Of a stretch of 64,000 nucleotides of DNA, positions 28,005 to 38,122 are shown piece after piece. Location of the stretch: NCBI GenBank assembly GCA_902599955.1, contig CACKHK010000002.1:26595-90594 (forward strand), written 5' to 3'. Numbering within the stretch: the stretch's first letter is position 1; each line of letters starts with the position of its first letter. A program made the position numbers and the translations under genes. Origin of the DNA: an uncultured Pelagibacteraceae bacterium (lineage in GTDB: Bacteria > Pseudomonadota > Alphaproteobacteria > Pelagibacterales > Pelagibacteraceae). Below the pieces are notes generated by a model. The model was not told the DNA's origin. It was given only the letters and a program-made list of their open reading frames with translations, and searched no databases.

Positions 28005-30979
28005 CTCCCTTTAATTTTTTCTAGGGTTCTTGTAATAAATCTTGGAGTTAAAGTTTTTATTGGATTAACTGTACTTTTTAAGTTGTTAGGTGGCCCCTTA
28101 ATCTTAAAGCTTACTCCAAATACACCTTCACCACTCTTTCTTCCTACTAATATATCGCCGAGTAAAGGAATTTTTGCAATTGTTTTATTTATTGTTGTTG
28201 CTGGAACTAATGTTCCTCTTAAACTTGTCATCCTATCTTTCTCGATATAACCTTCCATCATCATTGAAATTGCAGGTCCAATTGCATACATTTCCTCTAT
28301 TTCTGTTAGATTATTTTTTGTTTTAAAATTCATTTCAAATTCATCAAATCTTATTCCCTCGCCAGTCAATAGATCGGCAATTCCCTGCAAAGAAGCAAGA
28401 GTAAGTATTTTAGCTAAAACTGGCACTTTTTTAACTTTAAAATTAGTAATTTTAAGGTTAGACCTTGAGCTATTGTCAATTTTGATTGAGTTTAGTTTTA
28501 ACTCACCTTCCTCAAAACCTTTTATAAATTTATAATTATTTATAAATGGTCTCGGTTTTTCAATGAAAATATTTGTGATTTTTTCATTCTTCATTGTTGT
28601 TCTTAGCGAATAAGAGAATTTACTTTCATTTTCTAAAACAGCATTTATTTTTGCTAAAAATAATTTGTTATTTTTAATATCTAATTCACCTTCAAAATTT
28701 TTAAGATATTCATTTTTTTCAAGATATATTTTGTCTAAATTCAATATCAATGAAGTATTAATATTATTAAATAAACTTGAGAGAATATTTTGATTTTTTC
28801 TATCTAAAAGTCTTTCAATTATTTTTTCTCCATCTATGTGGTTTCCAGCTAAATTATATTTATTTGAATTTCTGATGATGCTAAAATTATTTTTTATATC
28901 ATTATCATTTACAAAATTTACATCAACATTATCTACACTCAATATTTTAAAATCATCAGACAATAAAAGATTTTTAAATGATATATTATTTTTAGTTTCT
29001 GTTAGATCTATTTTTTCTAACAATAAACCATTATTAAAATTATTTGCTAGAATTTCTAATTTTGCAGGAATGTTTTTATTCTTAAAATATTGTATTTCGT
29101 CAATTTTTAAAATACTATTATCTAAATCTAGTAATGAATAAAACTCAAAATTATTTTTATTACCCTTAAACTTAATAAATAAATTATCTTCTTTATTATT
29201 AAATAAATATTTGCCATCTAATTGAAAATTAATAAAATCATTATAGTATTCAAATGTGATTTCTGGTTTTTTAATAATAAATTTATTTTCATAGTTTTTT
29301 AAATATTTTCTAAGAATATTTGATTTATAATTAATATTTAAGTTGTCAAAATTTATATTTGATTTTATAGCAAATTTTTTAATGTTAAACTCTTCATCAA
29401 TTGATGCATTTATTTTAAAATCTGAGTTTAAATTTATTATTTGATCTTCAATCAAACTATATTGATTTTGGAAATCAAAATATTTTTTAAATTCTTTAAT
29501 GTTTATCAAGTTGTTATCTGACTGAACAAATATTTCTAAATCTGAAATTTCAGAACCATTATTATTTATTTTAAAATTTATAATATTTCTTTCGGACTCA
29601 TTATTTAAATTTTTATCAAAAAATGAGTAATTACTATTTAAGACCAAATTTAATAATTTCTCCCCAAAAGTTAGGTTAATTTTAACGTTTTTTAAATATA
29701 AAATTTCCTGAATTTTTTTATTGATCACTAATTTATCCAAATTTATTTCAGAATTTAAAAAGTAATTTTCTATTTTGTTATTATTGATTTCAAATTTAAA
29801 ATTATTATCAGTCTGAAGATTTATTTTTTGATCAGATAGGATTTCAGAGTCCACATTGTGAAGATTTAAAAAAACTTTAGGATCTATAAGTGTTTGCCCA
29901 TTACTTATATTTCCATTTATTTCAATTTTTTTATTTTTTTTAGTTTTTAATGATAATTTTAAATTATTGGTTTGATAATTATTATTTAATTTAAAGCCAT
30001 CAGATAAAACAAAATTTGATACGAGTTCTGCTGTTAATTGTTCTTTTTCAAATTTTGAATTAATTTTTCCTTTTTTTAAATAAATTACATCCTTGTATTT
30101 ATTATTAAAATAAATTTCATCAAAATCTATGATTGAGTCAATTTTTAAATTTTTTATTTTTTTATCTTTATTGAATTTAAATGAAAAAGAATTTTTACTA
30201 GTAAATAAAATATCATTATTAGATAAATAATTTTGTTTTATATTTAAAAGTTTTAATATTAAATTTGGATTTATAGCTGCTTTGGTATTTTCAATATCTC
30301 CATTTATATAATATGTATCTGATTTTTCTTGTCTCACTTGCAAAATTTGAGATGCAAAACCTATATCTTCATATATAAATTTTAAATTTGTAATTTTCGT
30401 AATCTTATCCTTTGTTTGAAAGTTAAAATTTATATCATCAAGATTTTCATACCCTGGTATATTCAATTTTGCATTATTTACTGAACCTGAAATAACGTAA
30501 GATTTTATATTCTGACTTAAATCGTCAAACTTAGCATCCAATTTAAAATTTAATAATCCTTTATTAATCTGACTATAAAACACATACCTGGCTAAATTAA
30601 AATCAATCTCATTTAAAAAGGACGTCACGTCTTTAATAAAATTGTTTGAGGATATAACTCTTACACTTTTTATTGAATTTTCTTTTTTTAACAATTTAAT
30701 TAAATCTAAATTAATATCAATTTTAGAAACTTTAATTGGAAAGGTTTCAGCAATTAAATTTGCTGAATTTGTGTTTATATTGAGCGCTAATTCACTTATA
30801 TTTAATTTGATAAAAACTTCATCAACTTTAAGTATTAATTTTGAGTTATACTGTTTAAGCTTATTGTTAATAAAATTGTTAAATTTTTCTGTTTTTATTC
30901 CATAAATATTTAAATACGTTATACATGTGATCAGAATAAATAGTATTGATGCAGTAATAAAAAATATTTTCCTACGCAT
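28001..30979 (-). CDS. AsmA-like/YhdP-type envelope protein with internal repeats
   Basis: N-terminal TM helix, beta-rich body, C-terminal PVLAKILTLASLQG...IPLLGDIL...GEGVFGVSF motif; position next to tyrS. Confidence 0.75.
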   Translation of the reverse strand: MRRKIFFITASILFILITCITYLNIYGIKTEKFNNFINNKLKQYNSKLILKVDEVFIKLNISELALNINTNSANLIAETFPIKVSKIDINLDLIKLLKKENSIKSVRVISSNNFIKDVTSFLNEIDFNLARYVFYSQINKGLLNFKLDAKFDDLSQNIKSYVISGSVNNAKLNIPGYENLDDINFNFQTKDKITKITNLKFIYEDIGFASQILQVRQEKSDTYYINGDIENTKAAINPNLILKLLNIKQNYLSNNDILFTSKNSFSFKFNKDKKIKNLKIDSIIDFDEIYFNNKYKDVIYLKKGKINSKFEKEQLTAELVSNFVLSDGFKLNNNYQTNNLKLSLKTKKNKKIEINGNISNGQTLIDPKVFLNLHNVDSEILSDQKINLQTDNNFKFEINNNKIENYFLNSEINLDKLVINKKIQEILYLKNVKINLTFGEKLLNLVLNSNYSFFDKNLNNESERNIINFKINNNGSEISDLEIFVQSDNNLINIKEFKKYFDFQNQYSLIEDQIINLNSDFKINASIDEEFNIKKFAIKSNINFDNLNINYKSNILRKYLKNYENKFIIKKPEITFEYYNDFINFQLDGKYLFNNKEDNLFIKFKGNKNNFEFYSLLDLDNSILKIDEIQYFKNKNIPAKLEILANNFNNGLLLEKIDLTETKNNISFKNLLLSDDFKILSVDNVDVNFVNDNDIKNNFSIIRNSNKYNLAGNHIDGEKIIERLLDRKNQNILSSLFNNINTSLILNLDKIYLEKNEYLKNFEGELDIKNNKLFLAKINAVLENESKFSYSLRTTMKNEKITNIFIEKPRPFINNYKFIKGFEEGELKLNSIKIDNSSRSNLKITNFKVKKVPVLAKILTLASLQGIADLLTGEGIRFDEFEMNFKTKNNLTEIEEMYAIGPAISMMMEGYIEKDRMTSLRGTLVPATTINKTIAKIPLLGDILVGRKSGEGVFGVSFKIKGPPNNLKSTVNPIKTLTPRFITRTLEKIKGS

Positions 30980-32070
30980 TCAATTTATATAAAGAGTTTT
31001 CTAAAAATTCATCAATTTCCCCATCTAATACTTTGTCTGGATTTGAATTTTCATAATTTGTTCTATTATCTTTAACCATTCTGTATGGGTGCAAAACATA
31101 TGATCTTATTTGATGTCCCCAGCCTATTTCTGACTTTGAACTTTCTATATTGTCACTTTCTTTTTTTCTTTTTTGTATCTCATGCTCATAAAGCCTCGCT
31201 TTAAGCATGTTCATACAAGTTTCTTTATTTTTGTGTTGTGATCTTTCATTTTGACATTGGACAACAATTTTACTTGGTGAATGTGTAATTCTTACAGCAC
31301 TATCAGTTGTATTAACGTGTTGTCCACCTGCACCACTTGATCTGTAAGTGTCAATTCTTAGATCTTTTTCTGATATCTCAATATCTATATCCTCATTGAT
31401 AACTGGATACACCCAAACACTTGCAAAGCTTGTATGTCTTCTAGCACCTGAATCGAATGGTGAAATTCTAACTAAACGATGTATTCCTGACTCAGTTTTT
31501 AAAAAACCGTAAATATATTCGCCAGATATTTTTATAACAGAAGATTTTATACCTGCCTCATCACCTTTGTGTTCACTAATTAATTCTACATTATGACCCC
31601 GATCATAAGCCCACTTCATATACATTCGCCTAAGCATTTGAGCCCAATCTTGACTTTCAGTGCCACCAGCACCTGCATGAAATTCTAGATAACTATCCAA
31701 TGTATCGTTTTCGTTTGAGAGAAAACATTTAACTTCTAATTTTTTAAATTTTTTTTTTAAATAAATGAATTTTTCTAAGATTTCATGAATTAATTGTTTG
31801 TCGTTCTCTTCATTAGCTAGTTGAAAAATATCATATAATTCATTTGCCTCAATCTCTGCTTGTTTGTGAGCGTCCAATAAATTATCGTAACCCTTTTTTT
31901 CCTTTAATATTTTTTCAGCATTTTTACGATCATCCCAAAATTTTGGGTCTTCTATAAGATTATTAAGTTGATTTCTTTTTGATAAAATATTTTGTGTTTC
32001 AAAGAAACTCCTTGATTCTTTGGCTAATTTTAATTACCTCAGATTTAAATTTTTCTACTTCTTGTTCCAT
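30972..32070 (-). CDS. prfB: Peptide chain release factor 2, +1 programmed frameshift after codon 23
   Basis: ATG at 32070 gives MEQEVEKFKSEVIKISQRIKEFL then TGA; the +1 frame from 32000 continues into the ORF with SPF and GGQ motifs. Confidence 0.95.
31998..32013 (-). promoter_or_regulatory. prfB frameshift cassette
   Basis: Minus strand reads AAGGAG TTT CTT TGA A: internal SD, 3-nt spacer, slippery CTT-T and UGA stop. Confidence 0.9.
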
Positions 32071-34409
32071 TAATAAAATTTTAAAATATTTTTTTTTAAT
32101 TTATTATAATTAAGATTATCATTACTAATAAATTTTTGATTTTCAAATTTTTGTTTCTTATAAGACTCAATAATAGTCCTTTTAGAACCAAAATCTGCTT
32201 TTTTTCCAGTTTCTGCATCAATTACCATCATTTTTATTCCTTTTGCAATTTTAAAGGGTCTTGCCTCATAATTATTTGCTGATTTTTTTATGAATTCCTT
32301 AAATATTGGTAGTGCTGTTTTCGAGCCTGTTTCATATTTTCCTAGTCTTTTTGGGTTGTCATATCCTACATATACTCCAACTACTAAATTGGATGTAAAT
32401 CCTATAAACCAGGTATCGGTATTGTTGTTTGTCGTACCGGTTTTGCCAGCAAGTTGTAAATTTAAATCTCTTAGACGTTTTCCAGTACCTCTTTGAATAA
32501 CACCCTCTAGAATTGAAGTCATTTGATATGCAGTTTGTGGAGAGAAGATTTGTTTAAAATTACTTTTTATTTTTGGTACATTATTTCCTTCAAATGAAAT
32601 TTTATCACAATTTTCACAAAATCTTTTTTCATTGTTAAAAATCGTATTTCCTTCGCTATCCTGAATTCTATCAATGATAATTGGAGTCACTAATTTACCT
32701 CCATTTACAAATGAACAGTATGCACTGGTTATATTTAGCAATGTTGTCTCTGCAGAACCTAAAGATACAGACAATAGTTCATCAGGATTTTCATAAATGT
32801 TTAATTTTTTTGAAAAGTTTATAATCTTATCTATGCCCAATTCTTGTGAAATCCTTACAGTCATTAAGTTTCTAGACTTTTCGATACCGGTTCGCAAAGT
32901 AGAAAGGCCATAAAATTTTTTACCATAATTCTCTGGCTTCCACATTTTTAAATCTTCTCCTTGATTTAAAACAAGGGGCGCATCTAGAATTAAAGAAGAT
33001 GGTGTATAATTATTTTCTAATGCTAAAGCGTATATAAAAGGTTTAAATGCAGATCCTGGTTGTCTTTTTGCTTGAGATACTCTATTGAATTCGCTCTTTT
33101 TAAAACTAAAACCTCCAGACATTGCCAAAACTCTACCACTGTAAGGATCCATGACAACTATTCCACCATTAACATTTGGTAATTGCCTTAAGCTGAATAT
33201 GCCATCAGATATTTTTTTAACATAAATTAAATCATTAATTTTAAAAATTTGATTAAAATCTTTTCTGGTCCAATTGATATCTTCAAAACTTATAATCCCA
33301 TTTTCTTTATTTGAAGTTTGAATTACAGTTTCAAATTTATCAATTCTTTTAATTATTGCTATTTCCCAATCAATGGTTTTTTCTAATCGAAATTTTTCTA
33401 GGTCATTGTACCAATCTTTATTTTTTCGGTTATCTATTGGTCCGCGCCATCCCTTTCTTTTATCATAGTCTAATAAACCTTTTCTTAATGATGACGCTGC
33501 TAAATTTTGAAGTTCTAAATTTATTGGAGTTTTAATATTAAATCCTTCTTTGTATATTTTATCATATCCATACTCTTCAATTACTTTTTTTCTTATATCT
33601 TCTACAAAATATCTTGTGTCCTCTAAAAATATTCTTTTTCTTTTTTTTAGGTTAATTTGAGTATTAATTAATTCATCAAACTTTTCTTTAGAAATATATG
33701 AATTTTCGTACAGATTTTTTATTACCAAATTTCTTCTATAAGTTGCCAATTCTTTATTTTTGTAAGGGTTATACTTACTTGGTGCTTTAGGCAATGCAGC
33801 TAACAAGGCAGACTCTGCATAATTTAATTCACTAATTGATTTATCAAAATATCTGAGACTCGCTGATGCTATCCCATAAGATCCTTCACCTAAATAAATT
33901 TGATTCAAATAAAGTTCTAATATTCTCTCCTTAGATAAGGCCCTCTCAATCCGAAATGCAAGAATAGCCTCTTTGATTTTTCTGTCTAAACTTACCTCAT
34001 TGGATAAAAGAAAATTTTTTGCTACTTGCTGGGTAATTGTAGATGCTCCTTCTAGTCTATTTGATCTTAATAAATTATAAATATTATTTTTAAATGCTCT
34101 TAAAATACCTTTAGCATCTACACCCGGATGTTTAAAAAAATTCTTATCTTCAGAGGATAAAAACGAATTTATTATTTTTTTTGGGATTGCATTATATGGA
34201 ACAAATATTCTTTTTTCGGATGAAAAATCGCTAATTAAAATACCTTCTCCTGAGTAAACTTTACTTGAAACTGGTGGTTTATAATTTTTCAAAAATTTAT
34301 AATCTGGTAATTTGTTTGAATATGACCAAAGTATTGAAAAGATTGCTATAAATCCTACAAAAAATAATAGGGCTGAAAATATTAAAAGTTTTTTTATGAA
34401 TTCGTTCAT
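32070..34409 (-). CDS. mrcA: Penicillin-binding protein 1A
   Basis: EDKNF..H.GVD, GASTITQQ, SAFK, SRN, KTGT motifs. Confidence 0.95.
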   Translation of the reverse strand: MNEFIKKLLIFSALLFFVGFIAIFSILWSYSNKLPDYKFLKNYKPPVSSKVYSGEGILISDFSSEKRIFVPYNAIPKKIINSFLSSEDKNFFKHPGVDAKGILRAFKNNIYNLLRSNRLEGASTITQQVAKNFLLSNEVSLDRKIKEAILAFRIERALSKERILELYLNQIYLGEGSYGIASASLRYFDKSISELNYAESALLAALPKAPSKYNPYKNKELATYRRNLVIKNLYENSYISKEKFDELINTQINLKKRKRIFLEDTRYFVEDIRKKVIEEYGYDKIYKEGFNIKTPINLELQNLAASSLRKGLLDYDKRKGWRGPIDNRKNKDWYNDLEKFRLEKTIDWEIAIIKRIDKFETVIQTSNKENGIISFEDINWTRKDFNQIFKINDLIYVKKISDGIFSLRQLPNVNGGIVVMDPYSGRVLAMSGGFSFKKSEFNRVSQAKRQPGSAFKPFIYALALENNYTPSSLILDAPLVLNQGEDLKMWKPENYGKKFYGLSTLRTGIEKSRNLMTVRISQELGIDKIINFSKKLNIYENPDELLSVSLGSAETTLLNITSAYCSFVNGGKLVTPIIIDRIQDSEGNTIFNNEKRFCENCDKISFEGNNVPKIKSNFKQIFSPQTAYQMTSILEGVIQRGTGKRLRDLNLQLAGKTGTTNNNTDTWFIGFTSNLVVGVYVGYDNPKRLGKYETGSKTALPIFKEFIKKSANNYEARPFKIAKGIKMMVIDAETGKKADFGSKRTIIESYKKQKFENQKFISNDNLNYNKLKKNILKFY

Positions 34410-34490
34410 TTTAGTTTAAATTATTGATTGAATTTGTTAATGTTGTGGCACCGAATTAAAAAATTAACAAATGAAAAATAACCAAAATTT

Positions 34491-36257
34491 ATGTCAAAAA
34501 ACTTATATATTGATGCATCGCATCCAAATGAAACACGAGTTGTTCTTAAAAAAGATAACCACATTGAAGACTACGAATATGAAAGTGTAAATAATACCTT
34601 AATTAAAAATAATATTTATTTAGGAAAAGTAAGTAGGATAGAACCGTCACTTCAAGCAGCTTTTGTTGATTTTGGTAGAGAAAGACATGGATTTTTATCT
34701 TTTAATGATATTCAATCTGATTATTACCAACTACCTCAGAGTGATTTAGAAAAAATAAAAGAAGAGGAAGAAAAAGTAAGAGAGGAATTATCTAAAGAAA
34801 GTGAAAACAATGAAAATCAAATTTTGGAGGGAAACGAGGAAATAAAAATAAATGATCCAGTGGAAAAATTAGAGGATGATGTCAAAGAAAAAATAAATAC
34901 AGAAAAAAAATTTCCATCTAAAAGATATAAAATACAAGAAGTAATTAAGCCTAATCAAGTTATATTAGTTCAAGTTTTAAAAGATGAGAGAGGTTTTAAA
35001 GGAGCTGCACTAAGCACATTTATAAGTATAGCAGGGAAATACATTGTTCTAATGCCCAATACAGCAAAAGGTGGTGGTATATCAAGAAAAATATTTAATC
35101 CGGGAGATAGAAAGAAGATAAGAAAAATATTAAACGAAATAGAAATTCCAAAAGAAATGGGAATAATTGTTAGAACAGCAGGGTCTAATAAAACTAAAAA
35201 TGAAATTGATGGCGATCTAAAAAATTTAATTAATGTTTGGAATTCTATTAAAAATAATGCATTAAACTCTATTGCACCATCTTTGATACATCAGGAAAGT
35301 GATATTATTAAAAGAAGTATAAGAGATATGTATGACGACGAAACACAAAATATAATAGTCGAGGGTAATGAAGGGTATCAAAAAGCTAAAAATTACATGA
35401 AGCTTATGATGCCAAAACAAACAAAAAAGGTAAAAAAATTTAGAGAAAAAGTACCATTGTTTTTCAAAGAAAACATAGAAAAAAAACTTTTTGAAATTTT
35501 TAAAACTGAAGTAAAACTAAGTTCTGGAGGTTATATAGTGATAAATCCGACAGAAGCTTTAGTTTCAATAGATATTAACTCTGGTAAATCAATAAAACAA
35601 AAAAATGTAGAAAGTACTGCATTAGATACTAATTTAGAAGCCGCTGAGGAGATAGCTAGACAACTTAAAATAAGAGACTTGTCGGGATTAATAATCATCG
35701 ACTTTATTGATATGCTAAGTTTTAATAACCGTAAACAAGTTGAAAGAAGGCTTAAAGAAAGATGCCGTAATGATAGAGCAAGAATTCAAGTTGGAAGAAT
35801 AAGTAATTTTGGATTGCTTGAAATGTCAAGACAAAGACTTAGGGAAAGTAATATTAAGTGGTCAATAAAGTTAACTAATGAGACGTTAGCATTGAAAGTA
35901 ATCAAATTAATCGAAATTAAAATATTTGAAACAAACGCTAAAACAGTTGATGTTAGTATCAATGAAAAAATATTGAATTATATTGAAAATTATTTCTCTG
36001 AAGATCTAAGCTATTTTAAGAAGAAAAATAAAATTAAGATAAATTTAAATAATGGTGAAAAATTAGGTTTACAAGAATATTCAATAGAATTTAAATCAAA
36101 ATCTGGAAAAATATTAGAAAAAATTGAAAAAATTGAAAATTTATTAAAAATTTCAGATGAAAAAATTGACAAAAATTTAGATTTAAAAATTAACAAAAAA
36201 TCTAATTTTAAAAAAAAAGTATTCAAAACAAGAAAAAAATTTAAGAAAAAAAATTAA
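34491..36257 (+). CDS. rne: Ribonuclease E/G family
   Basis: IEPSLQAAFV, DINSG, IIIDFIDM, GLLEMSRQR motifs. Confidence 0.93.
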   Translation: MSKNLYIDASHPNETRVVLKKDNHIEDYEYESVNNTLIKNNIYLGKVSRIEPSLQAAFVDFGRERHGFLSFNDIQSDYYQLPQSDLEKIKEEEEKVREELSKESENNENQILEGNEEIKINDPVEKLEDDVKEKINTEKKFPSKRYKIQEVIKPNQVILVQVLKDERGFKGAALSTFISIAGKYIVLMPNTAKGGGISRKIFNPGDRKKIRKILNEIEIPKEMGIIVRTAGSNKTKNEIDGDLKNLINVWNSIKNNALNSIAPSLIHQESDIIKRSIRDMYDDETQNIIVEGNEGYQKAKNYMKLMMPKQTKKVKKFREKVPLFFKENIEKKLFEIFKTEVKLSSGGYIVINPTEALVSIDINSGKSIKQKNVESTALDTNLEAAEEIARQLKIRDLSGLIIIDFIDMLSFNNRKQVERRLKERCRNDRARIQVGRISNFGLLEMSRQRLRESNIKWSIKLTNETLALKVIKLIEIKIFETNAKTVDVSINEKILNYIENYFSEDLSYFKKKNKIKINLNNGEKLGLQEYSIEFKSKSGKILEKIEKIENLLKISDEKIDKNLDLKINKKSNFKKKVFKTRKKFKKKN

Positions 36258-37027
36258 ATTATCCCTTTTTTAGTTGTAGAGGGAGAGCCTTGAAGATTTG
36301 GAGTTATCCTACCTGAAAGAAAAGACTTTCTTCCTGATATTACTGCATATTTCATTGACTCTGCCATTTGGAATGGATTTTTTGCCTTTGCAATTGCAGT
36401 ATTGATTAAAACTGCGTCACAACCTAGCTCCATTGCCTGAACTGCGTCCGACGCCTGACCTATTCCAGCATCAATAATTAAAGGTACTTTTGTTTGTTTT
36501 CTTAAAATTTTTATATTTGTTACATTTTGTATCCCTAAACCTGATCCAATTGGCGCCGCTAAAGGCATGATTGCAGATGCACCAGAGTTTTCAAGTCTCT
36601 TACACATAAGTGGGTCATCATTACAATAAACCATTACTTGAAATCCTTCTTTTGTCAAAACCTCTGTTGATTTTAAAGTTTCTATCATGTCTGGAAATAA
36701 ATTTTTTTTATCTCCTAACACTTCAAGTTTAACTATTTTCCATCCTCCTATTTCTCTCGCAAGTCTTAAAGTCCTTAATGCTTCTTTTGAGGTAAAACAT
36801 CCTGCTGTATTAGGTAAATACATTGTTTTTTTTGGGTCAATATAATCCATCAATACAGGTTTTGAACGATCAGAAATATTTACTCTTCTTACAGCAACGG
36901 TAACAATCTCGGCACCAGAAATTTGAATTGCTTTTGAACATTCAAGCATACTTTTATATTTACCCGTTCCAACAATAAGTCTTGATTTAAATTTTTTATT
37001 TGCAATTTTTAAAAGATCTAATCTCAC
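36254..37027 (-). CDS. thiG: Thiazole synthase
   Basis: SRLIVGTGKY, LPNTAGC, APIGSGLG, DAGIG motifs. Confidence 0.96.
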   Translation of the reverse strand: MRLDLLKIANKKFKSRLIVGTGKYKSMLECSKAIQISGAEIVTVAVRRVNISDRSKPVLMDYIDPKKTMYLPNTAGCFTSKEALRTLRLAREIGGWKIVKLEVLGDKKNLFPDMIETLKSTEVLTKEGFQVMVYCNDDPLMCKRLENSGASAIMPLAAPIGSGLGIQNVTNIKILRKQTKVPLIIDAGIGQASDAVQAMELGCDAVLINTAIAKAKNPFQMAESMKYAVISGRKSFLSGRITPNLQGSPSTTKKGII

Positions 37028-37245
37028 TAACCACCACCTATAAAATGAACTATTTCTATTTTATCTTTATTTTTTAAGAATATTTTATTTAATTTTTTCT
37101 TATCAACTATTTCCTCATTTAATTCTATTGCAATCTTGTTAGTTGGGGCTTTTAACTTTTCAATAAGATTTTTCAAAGAAAATTTTAAATTTACTATTAA
37201 AACTTTACCATTAACTACTATTTTTATTTTATTTTTTTTATTCAT
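37027..37245 (-). CDS. thiS: Sulfur carrier protein ThiS
   Basis: C-terminal IEIVHFIGGG; start moved to ATG 37245. Confidence 0.92.
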   Translation of the reverse strand: MNKKNKIKIVVNGKVLIVNLKFSLKNLIEKLKAPTNKIAIELNEEIVDKKKLNKIFLKNKDKIEIVHFIGGG

Positions 37246-37261
37246 ATAATATAAAGTTTTA

Positions 37262-37705
37262 ATGAGTAAAATTATAATTATTAATGGTCCCAATCTTAAT
37301 CTATTAGGAGAAAGAGAACAAACTCAATATGGTAGCAATAACTATAAATATCTTGAAGAAATATGTCAATCTAGAGCAAAAGAATTAAATATTGATTTAG
37401 ATATTTATCAATCAAATATAGAGGGAGATATTGTAAATATTATTCAAGATACTCGTAAAACTCATAAAGGGATTATAATAAATGCAGCTGGATATAGTCA
37501 CACTTCAGTAGCAATTAGAGATGCTTTAAATATTTTTAAAAAGCCTATAATTGAAGTTCATATATCAAACATTTATAACAGAGAGGATTTTAGACATAAA
37601 TCACTAATTAGTGGAGTTGTTACAGGTATAATTTGTGGATTGGGGATTAACGGCTATATTTTAGCCATAAATTCTATGCATGAGATATTAAAAAATGAAA
37701 ATTAA
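37262..37705 (+). CDS. aroQ: Type II 3-dehydroquinate dehydratase
   Basis: NGPNLNLLG.RE...YG and EVHISN motifs. Confidence 0.96.
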   Translation: MSKIIIINGPNLNLLGEREQTQYGSNNYKYLEEICQSRAKELNIDLDIYQSNIEGDIVNIIQDTRKTHKGIIINAAGYSHTSVAIRDALNIFKKPIIEVHISNIYNREDFRHKSLISGVVTGIICGLGINGYILAINSMHEILKNEN

Positions 37706-38117
37706 TAAAAATATTATTAAAGAACTAAACGATTATTTAGACGAATTTAATCTAACTGAAATTGAATATTCTGAAAAAGATCTTAAAGTTAAAGTTTCAA
37801 AGTCAAGAATTTCTCAAAATATAGAGCCTTCATTATCTATTGAAAAAAATAAAGTCATTAAAGAGGAAGCCGTAATTGATAATTCTAAAAAAATAATATC
37901 ACCAATAATCGGTACAGCTTATCTGGCTCCAGAACCAGGAGGTAAAAAATTTATTGAAATTGGAAAAAAGATAAAAAAAGGAGATACTGTAATGATTGTT
38001 GAGGCAATGAAGACTATGAACCATGTTCCAAGTCCTACCGATGGGATTGTTAAAGAAATTACAGTCGAAGATGGACAGCCAGTAGAGTTTGGCCAGACTA
38101 TTGCAATTCTTAGTTAA
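37695..38117 (+). CDS. accB: Biotin carboxyl carrier protein
   Basis: EAMKTMN biotinylation motif. Confidence 0.95.
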   Translation: MKINKNIIKELNDYLDEFNLTEIEYSEKDLKVKVSKSRISQNIEPSLSIEKNKVIKEEAVIDNSKKIISPIIGTAYLAPEPGGKKFIEIGKKIKKGDTVMIVEAMKTMNHVPSPTDGIVKEITVEDGQPVEFGQTIAILS

Positions 38118-38122
38118 AATTA

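Noticed and set aside
31878-32070. Apparent intergenic gap or truncated prfB pseudogene
   Set aside because: Explained by the programmed +1 frameshift; the frame is open from 32000.
37246-37261. TPP riboswitch upstream of thiS-thiG
   Set aside because: Only 16 bp separate thiS from aroQ and no THI-box motif is visible.
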